64,000 nt of DNA. It comes from Candidatus Hodarchaeota archaeon. Its GTDB lineage: Archaea; Asgardarchaeota; Lokiarchaeia; Sigyniarchaeales; SOKP01. Numbering within the stretch: position 1 is the first letter of the stretch; the number at the start of each line of letters is the position of its first letter. Below the pieces are notes generated by a model that did no database searches, was not told the DNA's origin, and saw only the letters and a list, made by a program, of their open reading frames with translations. The translations under genes and the position numbers were made by a program. The stretch is from NCBI GenBank assembly GCA_048887225.1, contig JBHLJY010000001.1, forward strand, positions 320,001-384,000, written 5' to 3'. Of this stretch, positions 10,911 through 20,476 are shown one piece after another.

Positions 10911-11666
10911 TTGAAGTTGAGAAAAAGAAAAATTGAACATGAAAATATTGCTAAAGACGATGGAAAATATACACCTAATCCAGAGTCAATGATCCAAGTA
11001 TTCGATTTAACTAAAGTTTACCATATGGGCGAGGTTGAGGTTAGAGCTTTGGATGGAATATCAATGAAGATTAAAAAAGGAGAATTTGTATCTGTGATGG
11101 GACCGTCTGGATCTGGAAAAACTACGCTTCTTAATATGATTGGTGCTCTTGATAATCCAACGAATGGTGCGGTATTCATAAATGGAATTAACGTAGCACA
11201 TATGAATGATGAACAGCAAACGAATCTGAGACTTAAAAATCTTGGATTTATATTCCAATTCTATAATTTAGTTCCCGTTCTTAGTGCGTATGAAAATGTT
11301 GAACTTCCCTTAATTTTTGCTGAAGTAACTGAGGAAATAAGAAGAAAAAGGGTCACAAAATTTCTTGAACTTGTAGGTTTAGGAGATAGAATGGATCATC
11401 TTCCTGCTGAACTCTCTGGTGGCGAACAGCAAAGAGTTGCTGTTGCACGCTCTCTTGCTAACGAGCCTTCGCTCCTTATTGCCGACGAGCCAACAGGAGA
11501 ACTGGATACGAAAATGGGTCGGGAAATCGTAGATCTTCTCCGCAATCTTAATATGGAACTAGAACAAACCATTATAATGGTAACTCACGATCCTGCTATA
11601 GGTCAACTCGCTGAACGACTTTTAAAGATGAGAGACGGTAAAATTGTAGAAGAAGTAATTTTATAA
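10911..11666 (+). CDS. ABC transporter ATP-binding protein (LolD/MacB type)
   Basis: [24 protein letters not shown]; GGAGG RBS before TTG. Confidence 0.95.
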   Translation: MKLRKRKIEHENIAKDDGKYTPNPESMIQVFDLTKVYHMGEVEVRALDGISMKIKKGEFVSVMGPSGSGKTTLLNMIGALDNPTNGAVFINGINVAHMNDEQQTNLRLKNLGFIFQFYNLVPVLSAYENVELPLIFAEVTEEIRRKRVTKFLELVGLGDRMDHLPAELSGGEQQRVAVARSLANEPSLLIADEPTGELDTKMGREIVDLLRNLNMELEQTIIMVTHDPAIGQLAERLLKMRDGKIVEEVIL

Positions 11667-11688
11667 TTTTTTTTTTTCCTTTTTTTTA
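11667..11688 (+). terminator. Oligo-T terminator after the ABC operon
   Basis: T11-CC-T9 immediately after the stop. Confidence 0.6.
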
Positions 11689-11788
11689 CACTGAAGTGCT
11701 CTATAAAACAAACCAAGATATATTTTTTAATAAGTTTTGTTTAGATCTTATTTATAACCTATAAATAAGAAAAATGGAGGTATTAAAA

Positions 11789-11983
11789 ATGCCAAATGTC
11801 GCCATTGAGGGACCAAAAATCGAGAATCTTGAAATAAAAAGAAGATTAGTTAAACAAATTACAGATGCGCTTGAAAAAGCCTATAAATTACCAAGACAGG
11901 TCTTTACTGTGGTAATTAAAGAAAATCGACCTGAAAATGTAGCTGCTGGGGGTACATTAATTATAGATAGACAAAAGGAGTAA
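11789..11983 (+). CDS. 4-oxalocrotonate tautomerase family protein (DmpI-like)
   Basis: The second ATG (after GGAGG) gives N-terminal catalytic Pro1 (MPNVAIEGP); KRRLVKQIT...ENVAAGG. Confidence 0.88.
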   Translation: MPNVAIEGPKIENLEIKRRLVKQITDALEKAYKLPRQVFTVVIKENRPENVAAGGTLIIDRQKE

Positions 11984-12081
11984 TCAAAAATCGATACATT
12001 AGTTGACTTTTCTTAAAGGGTCATACCATTTAAATAGAAAAAAATATATTAAAAGAAGTAATAAATATGAGGTAAGGATTT

Positions 12082-12519
12082 ATGGCAGAAATTAAAGTCA
12101 AATCGTTGGTATTGGCAATTATTTTTGGTTTTGTATCGTGGTTATGGGCGTTTATAATAGTTGGATCTGCATACTATGATTGGGCGGCAAATAAACCGAT
12201 TGAAAATCCTGACTTTGGAGTGTATGTAGTTTTATTGATTGTAAATGTAATAATATCTATTATAATCACTGCTATATACTTATGGAAATATGAACAGATA
12301 AATCCAATTATTCTCGATAAATGGGCTATTGATGCAATCATTCTTGGCGTAATCATATGTGCAATGAATTATCTATTTGATATACTATTCTTTGGTGTAT
12401 TAATGCAACGTAATTTATTTACTTATTTTTGGCTGGAATCAACCGCAGGTTATTCTTACCCCTTCATAATCCTTATGACATTAATATTGGCGTATTTAAT
12501 CTATGGGAGAAAAGAGTAA
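12082..12519 (+). CDS. Hypothetical 4-TM membrane protein
   Basis: Four hydrophobic segments; GAGGT RBS. Confidence 0.75.
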   Translation: MAEIKVKSLVLAIIFGFVSWLWAFIIVGSAYYDWAANKPIENPDFGVYVVLLIVNVIISIIITAIYLWKYEQINPIILDKWAIDAIILGVIICAMNYLFDILFFGVLMQRNLFTYFWLESTAGYSYPFIILMTLILAYLIYGRKE

Positions 12520-12652
12520 TAAAAAAACTACCTTTTTTTTTATTTTTAATTATGAAAAAGATGTTAAGATTTTTATAGTAAAATTCAATGATAGTATTTA
12601 CGAGTTTCCAATTAAAAATTAAAAAAGAGAAAAGATTAAAATAATTTTTTAA

Positions 12653-12856
12653 TTATTCGCGTCTATTTGAACAGCTTTTAATTAACATTTTGAAAGATTC
12701 ATCTTCAAGTTCTTCGTACATTTTTAATTCATCTTTTAAAAAATCCCTCAGAGCATTCCTTATTGCTTCGGATCTTGAAGGATAGATCCCTAAATCGTTT
12801 AAGATTTGAATAGCTGATAAATATTTTTCGGGTAAATTTATCGTTATTATCTTCAT
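12653..12856 (-). CDS. Ribbon-helix-helix (CopG/Arc/MetJ) regulator
   Basis: MKIITINLP...YPSRSEAIRNALRDFL. Confidence 0.9.
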   Translation of the reverse strand: MKIITINLPEKYLSAIQILNDLGIYPSRSEAIRNALRDFLKDELKMYEELEDESFKMLIKSCSNRRE

Positions 12857-12929
12857 ATTAGGCTATAACCTGAAACTATAATTAAAAATTTTATAATTAT
12901 ATTTTGTCGGTGGTTTATAAATAGTTGAT

Positions 12930-12960
12930 ATTAAGCGTTTAATGGTATTAAGCGCTTAAT
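12930..12960. promoter_or_regulatory. Tandem 14-bp palindromes upstream of the RHH gene (candidate operator)
   Basis: ATTAAGCGTTTAAT (12930-43) and the perfect palindrome ATTAAGCGCTTAAT (12947-60), next to a TATA-like TTTATAAATA (12914-23). Confidence 0.55.
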
Positions 12961-13005
12961 TGAAGACGAATAAAAAACATCAAACTGCTAATAGAGGTTC
13001 TTAGA

Positions 13006-13773
13006 TTAAAAAGGTTTATTTAAGGATTTAATATGAAGAATTAGCGAAAATGAAGATTTGTATAGGTCAGCATGGCTAATTTCTTTAATATTTTTAAGAA
13101 AGGTAAGGTTATAATCCTCTTCTCGTTTCAGATAAGTTATATCTTTAGTGCTATGGTCATTATCTAAGAAAGTGTCAATTTTAAAAACATTTTTTTTAAA
13201 TTTTCCAGGAAATTCGGGCATCATATTAAATGTGAAGATCAAATCGGGATCAGATTTAACTTTACCATTTAAAACAAATAAGATATTTGGTTCAAGAATT
13301 GCTAGAAAACTCTCTAATGAGTGAAAATAATCGTCAATTTTTACTGTCAAATTCGAAATATTGCCATTAATTTCAAAAGAGCTGCAATCGCTAACCTTTG
13401 GAAATATAAATTTTTCCTTACCCCGAAAAGCTAAACTTATTTCGTTTGCATTCAAATATTTTTTAAAAAGTGGATTGTCCTTTTCTAATAAAAAATTATC
13501 TTCATTGATAGATTCACTCTTGACATAAAAAATTAAAGAACCAGATGCTATTAAATTGATTTTTTGATAATAAATGTTAAAAATTGGATTATATGGTAAA
13601 CTAATCACATCTTTAGTACCGCCCATTCCCAATTGAGCAAGAACGTTCGACGGAATTTGACTAGTTAAAGTAAATAATAAGAACGATCTAAAATCGTCTA
13701 ATTCAAAAAAACACGTGAAATCTTTGAAGTAGTCTTGTACTTTAATGATTAAGTCATTTAACTTGTCAGACAT
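13006..13773 (-). CDS. Hypothetical protein
   Basis: 255-aa ORF with GAGGA RBS; no motif recognised. Confidence 0.7.
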   Translation of the reverse strand: MSDKLNDLIIKVQDYFKDFTCFFELDDFRSFLLFTLTSQIPSNVLAQLGMGGTKDVISLPYNPIFNIYYQKINLIASGSLIFYVKSESINEDNFLLEKDNPLFKKYLNANEISLAFRGKEKFIFPKVSDCSSFEINGNISNLTVKIDDYFHSLESFLAILEPNILFVLNGKVKSDPDLIFTFNMMPEFPGKFKKNVFKIDTFLDNDHSTKDITYLKREEDYNLTFLKNIKEISHADLYKSSFSLILHIKSLNKPF

Positions 13774-13830
13774 GTTTTTCCTCTGATAATAATTCTAGAG
13801 TTAAATAATTCAATGAATTACAAAATTTAA

Positions 13831-14253
13831 TTAAATATCTTTTAAATATTTTGATAAGAATTCTTTAAGTTTCTTTTTAATTGACCAGTTAATATGATGC
13901 TCAATTTGGCAAGAGATATTGTCTACAACTTCTTCATCAGGGATTTCTAAAACTTTTATGAAAAAATCTCGTAATAACTCATGAGTCTCATTTAATTGCC
14001 TCGCTATTGTTTTTCCCTTTTCAGTTAACCTAATTGATTTTCTCGGTCTCCAATCAATTAAACCTTGTTTTTCCAATTTTTCTAGCATTCCTGAAACGCT
14101 TGCTGGTTTTATATCTAGATTTTCAGCGAGCTCCTTATTAGAAACCCATCCTCCTTTTTTTTTTCGCGATATTATATAAATCTCATCTAAATATCTTTGA
14201 TAGCTTTCCGGAATCTCTGAAGTTTGACTCTCTTTGCTGTTTTTATTTGCCAT
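13831..14253 (-). CDS. DtxR/MntR-family metal-dependent transcriptional regulator
   Basis: YLDEIY, ASVSGMLEKL, LTEKG, HELLRDFF, CQIEHHI. Confidence 0.92.
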   Translation of the reverse strand: MANKNSKESQTSEIPESYQRYLDEIYIISRKKKGGWVSNKELAENLDIKPASVSGMLEKLEKQGLIDWRPRKSIRLTEKGKTIARQLNETHELLRDFFIKVLEIPDEEVVDNISCQIEHHINWSIKKKLKEFLSKYLKDI

Positions 14254-14356
14254 TCTTATTTCAAATATTATAAATATACTTATAATATTTAATCTTTCTT
14301 GTAAGATTGATAACTATATTTGATTATTAAATTATTAGATTTTTACTTGAGAGTTA

Positions 14357-14929
14357 ATGAAAAAAAAATTTCAAGGCACTTTATTTTTGGTTGTTGGAAA
14401 TTCCGGTTCGGGGAAAGATTCGATAATTTATGGCGTAGCAGAGAAGTATCCTCAAAATTTAAAAAAAGTATACATTGTTAAGAGATATATCACAAGACCC
14501 CCATCCGAAACGGAAGATAATTATTCTATAACACCTGTTAAATTTAGAGAGATGGAAAAACAGGGTAAATTCGCCTTAAAATGGCATATTTACCACTTAG
14601 ATTATGGAGTTCCTATAGAAATAGATGAATGGCTTAGGAATGGTCATCCAGTTTTAGTTAACGTCAGTAGAACCATAGTTGATGAAGCTAGAGAAAAATA
14701 CGAGAATATTAAAATAGTTTTCATAGATGTTCCTTTCGAAATTACTTTACAACGCTTAAAAGACCGTGGAAGAGAAAATGGGGAATTATTAAATGAAAGG
14801 ATAAATAGGGCAAGAACACATCAAAAATTCCCGTCGGCTGACTTCGTAGTCGATAACTCTAAAGATCTAGATGATGCAATTAATCAGTTTTTAAATTATT
14901 TGGTGAAAATTGTTAAAGTAAAACTATAA
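14357..14929 (+). CDS. phnN: Ribose 1,5-bisphosphokinase PhnN / guanylate-kinase-like protein
   Basis: VVGNSGSGKDS, RYITRP, FALKW..Y..YGVP, VNVSR, RGRE. Confidence 0.8.
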   Translation: MKKKFQGTLFLVVGNSGSGKDSIIYGVAEKYPQNLKKVYIVKRYITRPPSETEDNYSITPVKFREMEKQGKFALKWHIYHLDYGVPIEIDEWLRNGHPVLVNVSRTIVDEAREKYENIKIVFIDVPFEITLQRLKDRGRENGELLNERINRARTHQKFPSADFVVDNSKDLDDAINQFLNYLVKIVKVKL

Positions 14930-15000
14930 TTCTGAAATAAAATTTTTTTTATAGGAAAAATTATAATTACCATAACTTTACTTAATATTAAATAAACAGT

Positions 15001-15103
15001 GGCCCGGTTAGTATAGCGGTTAGTATTGGGGACTGTGAATCCCTAGATGTTCAAGATTTTATCATGAACTGGGGAAAGACGGGTTCGATTCCCGTACCGG
15101 GCC
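15001..15103 (+). tRNA. tRNA-His(GTG) with encoded G-1 and a 30-nt intron at non-canonical position ~45/46 (15047-15076)
   Basis: Acceptor GCCCGGT/ACCGGGC, C73, anticodon arm GGGGA-CTGTGAA-TCCCT, T arm ACGGG-TTCGATT-CCCGT. BHB: CCCT/GGGG helix, AGA and AAA bulges, GTTCA/TGAAC stem. CCA not encoded. Confidence 0.92.
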
Positions 15104-15122
15104 CTCTTTATTATGTTAAAGG

Positions 15123-15590
15123 GTGCTTAATATAGATCGGTACATAGATCAAGAAAAGATTCGAGATATACTTGGATGGGAACAAAACGCACCTATCCCA
15201 ATTTGTATGGGGGGAGATTATAGGGCACTAACTTTTTGTTGTAAACCTGGATATTACCTAACTTTTGGTTTTAAATGTAAAAGAAACAAGACTTTAAAAG
15301 AGATAGGAATTTCTCCAGAAGAATTTATAGATATAAAAGAAAAATATTCTAATGAGAACGACTGGGATTCTGAATTGGTATGTTTTGGTTCAATCTCTTA
15401 TTGTTGTATGAGGCGTGGAGGATGTCCAAGAAGAGATCTTGCCTTATCAATAAGATATCCTAATATGACTAAAGATGAGTTCATGAAAATCTATTTTCAA
15501 AAAAAGAAGGAATTATCAAGAATAATTTTGGAGAATGCTAAAGATCCAGACGATAAAAAGAAAGTAAAAGCATATTTAGATTTATTTTAA
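15123..15590 (+). CDS. Methanogenesis marker 9-like Cys-rich domain protein
   Basis: APxxICxGGDxRALxFCC, GISPEEFIDIKE, CFGSISYCC...CPRRD pattern. Confidence 0.75.
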   Translation: MLNIDRYIDQEKIRDILGWEQNAPIPICMGGDYRALTFCCKPGYYLTFGFKCKRNKTLKEIGISPEEFIDIKEKYSNENDWDSELVCFGSISYCCMRRGGCPRRDLALSIRYPNMTKDEFMKIYFQKKKELSRIILENAKDPDDKKKVKAYLDLF

Positions 15591-15807
15591 ATATTCAATT
15601 TAAAAGATACATAAAAATTTTTAATTAGTTTTTAAAATTCTTAATTCAATTTCTTATAATTAACCATTTAGATAAATAGAAAGAATTTTGTCGGAAAGAA
15701 CATACTAAAACTGAATCTGTTTTTATTCGCAAGAAAAATAGTCAATTATAAATATAACCTATCCTAATTGTTATATAAGAGATGATTTTCAATGATGGCG
15801 AATTAAA

Positions 15808-15963
15808 ATGATATTGGAACAAGTACAGAGTCATCCAGAAAAATCCGAGCTTTATATAGATAAAATTATAACACCCCACGATAGGGTTACAGAGAGCGAT
15901 AAAATAATAATTAAACGTATTCTTTTAAAAGAGATCGCTACAAGTCTAGAAATTTTTTCATAA
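15808..15963 (+). CDS. Possible small protein (51 aa, MILEQVQSHPEKSELYIDKIITPHDRVTESDKIIIKRILLKEIATSLEIFS)
   Basis: ATG-TAA open frame in an otherwise stop-rich intergenic region; below the ORF-track cutoff. Confidence 0.4.
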   Translation: MILEQVQSHPEKSELYIDKIITPHDRVTESDKIIIKRILLKEIATSLEIFS

Positions 15964-15996
15964 AAAAAGAAAAAAGATTTTTAAAAGAAATTTAAT

Positions 15997-17004
15997 TTAG
16001 GTTCGATTAATTTTTTTAAAGATAATTGGAACTAAGAATATTAAGATCAATGATATTAATGCGTATCTTACAAATCTGAGAAATACGTTTCCACTAATTA
16101 TCAAATCTAAGCCTAAGTATACAACAAGCAAAATAATAACCCCAATGATTAAATTAATTATTTTTTGTTTCTTGTTTAATTCTGATGGATTATACTTCAC
16201 ATATTCGTTTTCTAGCAAATATCCAACGCTCAAACCTAACATAGCACCTCCAACCTGAGCAAAACTTCCTTCGTCAGGATAGAGAGGAGGATTTTCAACA
16301 AGTCCGAGTCCAGCTGTAGGGAATAATAAAGTCCCAATAGCAAATAATGAAATAGAAATTGCGACCGCGAGTAATATCTTTATTATCAAATTTAATTTAT
16401 TGATTTTTGGAGCAATTATCGGTTCCAAATAAATGAATGCGACTAAAAGACATATACCAATCGCATAACCTCCAATTATGTCTTGTAGGTCGTGAACTCC
16501 TATGATAATCCTGGATATTGCTATTAGAAATATTAATAGAGAGACTAAAATTGGTGTAACAAAAGGCTTTGGCTTGTTTTTAAATTCATAACCTAAATAG
16601 CCCCACACAGCTAAAGCTGTTTGTGTGTGTCCTGAGGGGAATCCGTATGATGTTTCAACTAATCCATATTCTGCCTCGGGGTCAGCATTAGTAGAAGGTC
16701 TTGGATCTTGAAATATATCCTTCACAAATTCATTAATATACGCTGAGAACAATAGGCTAAAAGCGAGATTTTTAGCAAATCTTTTATCGTAAGCAAAAAA
16801 GAAAATAGCAATGATAAGAATTAAGACAATAGCCTCACCTAAGTATGTGATCGCTTTAAAAATAGTTTGAATCAATGTGTAATTTAAGTAAAATGCTTCA
16901 TTATATCCCAATCCTAATAAAATCATACCAATTACCATAACTAGTACTGAGATTATTCCAATCGTAATTAAGGCTTTTTTAGATAGAATTTCTTCTTCTG
17001 ACAT
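15997..17004 (-). CDS. PAP2-family membrane phosphatase
   Basis: KDIFQDPRP, FPSGH, SRIIIGVH motifs; multiple TM segments. Confidence 0.92.
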   Translation of the reverse strand: MSEEEILSKKALITIGIISVLVMVIGMILLGLGYNEAFYLNYTLIQTIFKAITYLGEAIVLILIIAIFFFAYDKRFAKNLAFSLLFSAYINEFVKDIFQDPRPSTNADPEAEYGLVETSYGFPSGHTQTALAVWGYLGYEFKNKPKPFVTPILVSLLIFLIAISRIIIGVHDLQDIIGGYAIGICLLVAFIYLEPIIAPKINKLNLIIKILLAVAISISLFAIGTLLFPTAGLGLVENPPLYPDEGSFAQVGGAMLGLSVGYLLENEYVKYNPSELNKKQKIINLIIGVIILLVVYLGLDLIISGNVFLRFVRYALISLILIFLVPIIFKKINRT

Positions 17005-17202
17005 ATTTTTTTCCTCGATTTTGACAATTTATACTAATTTATAATTTTAATTGAATAGGTTTCTATTGAAAATATTTTTATAATTAATAATTTATAGTTG
17101 ACCTATCTTTTTTAATGATAAGAATCTATTTGTTAGACTATTAAAGTAATAGATCAGAAAAATTCAGGAAATATTAAAAATAAGCAAAAAATGAGGATAA
17201 TA

Positions 17203-17841
17203 TTAATCGATTTTAATATTTGATCCCGTTTCTTTAATTTTTTTTAGTTTTACACTTAAAATACCATTTCTTAAAGACGCCTTTGCTAAGTCAGAATTAA
17301 TCGCAGCGGGAAGCTCGATCTCTTTATAATATTTTCTTCCAAAACTGTTAGATTTAGTAGAAATAGTAAGAGATCTACTTGTAGCCTTTAATTCAACGTC
17401 GTCCTTTGTTACTCCAGGCATTTCAGCAATAACTACAAGCTTGTCACTTTCTTCATTGATTTCTACTAAAGGCTCCCTAATAGGATCAACCTGAACCCTT
17501 GATCTTCTTGAATATGGTTTAGATTTAATATTTCCGAAAGAATCAATTCTTGGTTTACCATCTGGTCCTATATTGATGTTAAAGCCATACATAAATGGAA
17601 ACCCAAATTTGTCTTTATTTTTCATTAATTCTTTTTGGATATCCTCAGGAGAAAGTTTTTGAAAGTCTGACCCAAAACCTTTCGAAATTTTTTCGAAAAT
17701 TTCTTTAAATAAACGCCTAAATTGTTTAGAATTAAAAAGTTTATTTGGGTCTGCGAATAAATTAAAGAAATCAGATGGATCTTCGAATTCGTCTTCATTA
17801 TCATCCTCATACTCATCGTCGTAATCATCTTCTCTTGGCAC
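17203..17841 (-). CDS. hsp20: Archaeal small heat-shock protein Hsp20
   Basis: PFMYGFNINIGPDGKP..FGN, REPLVEI, AEMPGV, NGILSVKL. Confidence 0.92.
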   Translation of the reverse strand: MPREDDYDDEYEDDNEDEFEDPSDFFNLFADPNKLFNSKQFRRLFKEIFEKISKGFGSDFQKLSPEDIQKELMKNKDKFGFPFMYGFNINIGPDGKPRIDSFGNIKSKPYSRRSRVQVDPIREPLVEINEESDKLVVIAEMPGVTKDDVELKATSRSLTISTKSNSFGRKYYKEIELPAAINSDLAKASLRNGILSVKLKKIKETGSNIKID

Positions 17842-18078
17842 GCATTTTCACCTCAAACTGTTATTAAAAATCTAAAGTTCTTTAAATTTTAATACTTTAA
17901 TAGTGTTATCTAGGTTAATAAAGACTACTTAGCTTAATAAAGATTATTCTATTTAAATTATGATTAATAAAAGTTAAAATTGCAGTATATATCTGTTAAT
18001 ATTTTATTAAATAGAAATAAAAATTTGTGTATATTCAATTTTTATAAAAAAAAATAATATTAAGAAATGTAGATTGAT

Positions 18079-18999
18079 ATGACTGCTAAAATTGATAACA
18101 CATACTGTGAGGCATTTGAGGGCTTGTGTGTCCAATTAATGGTAACAGCTCAAGATGCTGAATTCTTAAATAGAGCCGCGAACGCATTTACGGCTTTACC
18201 TTCGACTGTGTTTGGAGATGCTGAAGGTGGTATAGTTCGGTGGTTAACTGAAAAAGAAACGGTTGATGGCCGATTAGGCGCAATAGTACAATTATGGATT
18301 ACTGGAACTGGAAAGAAAGCTACGGAAAAGCTCTATAATCGGCTTGGTAGAAGAATGCGTCAAGGTATCCTTGTCATACCAACCACGGCCGTATTTGACT
18401 ATTATCCAGAAGATACAGAACTCAAATTCAATATGATGGATAATGTGGGACATTGTGGGGATGGATATGAATGGATTGTTGAAAAATATAACAGAAAACT
18501 CATAAATGTCCCAATAATGATGGGTTTTGATTTCATAATAGAAGAGGAATTATCATATGCTAAGGGTGTTATGGGAGGAAATTTGTGGTTGTTCTGTGAT
18601 TCAGTTAATTCAGGAATTAAAGTTGGCAGAGAGGCTGTAAAAATTATTTCTGAAATTGATAATGTGTGTACCACATTTGATGTTTGTTCTGCAGGTTCAA
18701 AACCAGAAACAAATTTTCCTGAAATAGGTCCATCTACTAATCATCTTTTTTGCCCTACTTTAAAAGATAAACTTTCCGAGAATGAATTTAAAGTTCCTAA
18801 TGGAATAGAATCGATTCCTGAGATTGTCTTTAATGCAATTAATATAGACACAGTAAAAGAGACTATGCAAGAGACAATAAAAGGGATAATTGAAATGGAT
18901 GGTTTAATTAAAATTTCTGCTGGCAATTACGGAGGCAAGCTAGGTAAATTTAAAATTCATTTGAAAGAATTAGGACTGAAAGAAAGTTATTTTTCATAA
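18079..18999 (+). CDS. ftr: Formylmethanofuran:tetrahydromethanopterin N-formyltransferase
   Basis: IDNTYCEAF, DGRLGA, PTTAVF, GVMGGN, AGSK, STNHLFCPTLK, ISAGNYGGKLG. Confidence 0.92.
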   Translation: MTAKIDNTYCEAFEGLCVQLMVTAQDAEFLNRAANAFTALPSTVFGDAEGGIVRWLTEKETVDGRLGAIVQLWITGTGKKATEKLYNRLGRRMRQGILVIPTTAVFDYYPEDTELKFNMMDNVGHCGDGYEWIVEKYNRKLINVPIMMGFDFIIEEELSYAKGVMGGNLWLFCDSVNSGIKVGREAVKIISEIDNVCTTFDVCSAGSKPETNFPEIGPSTNHLFCPTLKDKLSENEFKVPNGIESIPEIVFNAINIDTVKETMQETIKGIIEMDGLIKISAGNYGGKLGKFKIHLKELGLKESYFS

Positions 19000-19007
19000 T
19001 ATCTATA

Positions 19008-19688
19008 TTATTTATTTAGGGATAATGGTTCTTTTTTCATTGGTTTTATATGAAGATGATCTAAATTATTGTACCATTTCGGATATTTTTCTGTAAATAT
19101 TTGATCTATCTTCTTTAGGGGCACATCAGCATAATTACCCCAATCTCCTATATATTCAACAAACATATTCCCTTCTGTATCATATGGTGAAAATAAAGCA
19201 TCATTTTCTCCATCGAACTCTATCATTGGAAAAAATCCCCCTTTAATACAAGTTTCTTTATCAAAAACGGGTGTAGCTTTTATCCATTTCCCGTTCAAAT
19301 ATAATTCACTATACGCATGACAATGAAAGGCTTTTGTACCCATTAGATTAACAAACTTTTGTGATATTTTGTGATTAATAATGTCAACCATGTGAATACG
19401 AGCAGGAATCCCTACAGCTCGTGCCAAGGTTGATAATAAAGCAGCCTTAGACATACAAAAACCGTTTTTTCTTCGCAATGTTACTGAAGCTTTAAGATTT
19501 GCTTTAATTTTTGGATAGTAAGAGAATGCGTTATATTTTATTTTATCTCTTACCCAATAAAATAGCGCTATTGCCTTTTCTTTATCAGTCTCCAAACCAT
19601 TAGCAATTTCAATAGCCTTTTCTCGAACTCTTTTCTTATGAAAGTCTAGAAATTCAGTAGGCTGTAAATATTGTTCAAAACCATCCAT
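19008..19688 (-). CDS. Transglutaminase-like protein
   Basis: YLQPTEFLD, GFCMSKA (Cys), HAYSE, WIKATP. Likely start MDGFEQ; the longer tracked N-terminus overlaps the neighbouring gene. Confidence 0.88.
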   Translation of the reverse strand: MDGFEQYLQPTEFLDFHKKRVREKAIEIANGLETDKEKAIALFYWVRDKIKYNAFSYYPKIKANLKASVTLRRKNGFCMSKAALLSTLARAVGIPARIHMVDIINHKISQKFVNLMGTKAFHCHAYSELYLNGKWIKATPVFDKETCIKGGFFPMIEFDGENDALFSPYDTEGNMFVEYIGDWGNYADVPLKKIDQIFTEKYPKWYNNLDHLHIKPMKKEPLSLNK

Positions 19689-19789
19689 ACTTAGGCAAAA
19701 TATTGGTTTGTATAAAAATTTTATATTTATAAAATGAAATGAGAAGTTAATTATTTTTTGATAAGTTAAAAGCAGAAGTCGTATTTGTA

Positions 19790-20476
19790 TTAAGAAATTA
19801 TCACTCTTTCGATGAGAAAATAGAAAAATGCGGCGCTTCCTAAATATACCAACATTACTATAAATGCAGCAGGGATTTTTAACCAATGATTTTTTTCCTG
19901 AATAGTAAGATACGTATAATAAGTCATAAATCCAAGGATAATTTCTGGTATGATAATATATACAGCCATATGACCCATCATTGTAACGTTCTGAGCATAC
20001 CACGATCCAACCGTCCACATTGTCATCTCAGAAATTCCAAAAATTAGCAAAGACAATAAACCTACTGCAAAATAAGCTATATTTAGAGAATGTCGCTCCT
20101 GGACACGCTGTCCAACGAATAGAATTATGAACAATGGAATTGCCCACAATAACAACATATATCCAGACACAGTACCAATTTTAAAAAGTCCATCCTCTGG
20201 AAAAACTAATATTTCCAGCTGAGCAGACAAAAACCAGTCTGGAAATACTTGGAATAAACTGATAATAAACGCAAACAACCAGATTTTCACCAATTCAAGA
20301 TGTTTGCGCCATAGACCGACTATTGGAATAGCCAGATTGTAAATGATTACAAGTATAAACAATCTAATTCCAATTTTTAGATCAATTGGTATAAGCAATA
20401 TTACCGCACATATTATTACAAATATAATGTGTACAAAAAACACGTCTCGTTCTATTTCAGTTAATAATTCTTTTAT
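19790..20476 (-). CDS. Multi-pass membrane protein, function unknown
   Basis: About 7 hydrophobic segments, FQVFPDWFLS motif; start uncertain (GTG 20443 or ATA 20476). Confidence 0.75.
   Translation of the reverse strand: MKELLTEIERDVFFVHIIFVIICAVILLIPIDLKIGIRLFILVIIYNLAIPIVGLWRKHLELVKIWLFAFIISLFQVFPDWFLSAQLEILVFPEDGLFKIGTVSGYMLLLWAIPLFIILFVGQRVQERHSLNIAYFAVGLLSLLIFGISEMTMWTVGSWYAQNVTMMGHMAVYIIIPEIILGFMTYYTYLTIQEKNHWLKIPAAFIVMLVYLGSAAFFYFLIERVIIS

Noticed and set aside
14357-14929. Phosphonate (C-P lyase) operon
   Set aside because: Only a PhnN-like kinase is present; no phnGHIJKLM genes in the window.
19689-20018. Long N-terminal extension of the transglutaminase ORF
   Set aside because: Overlaps the upstream membrane-protein gene in another frame; the family-like sequence starts at MDGFEQYLQPT (19688).
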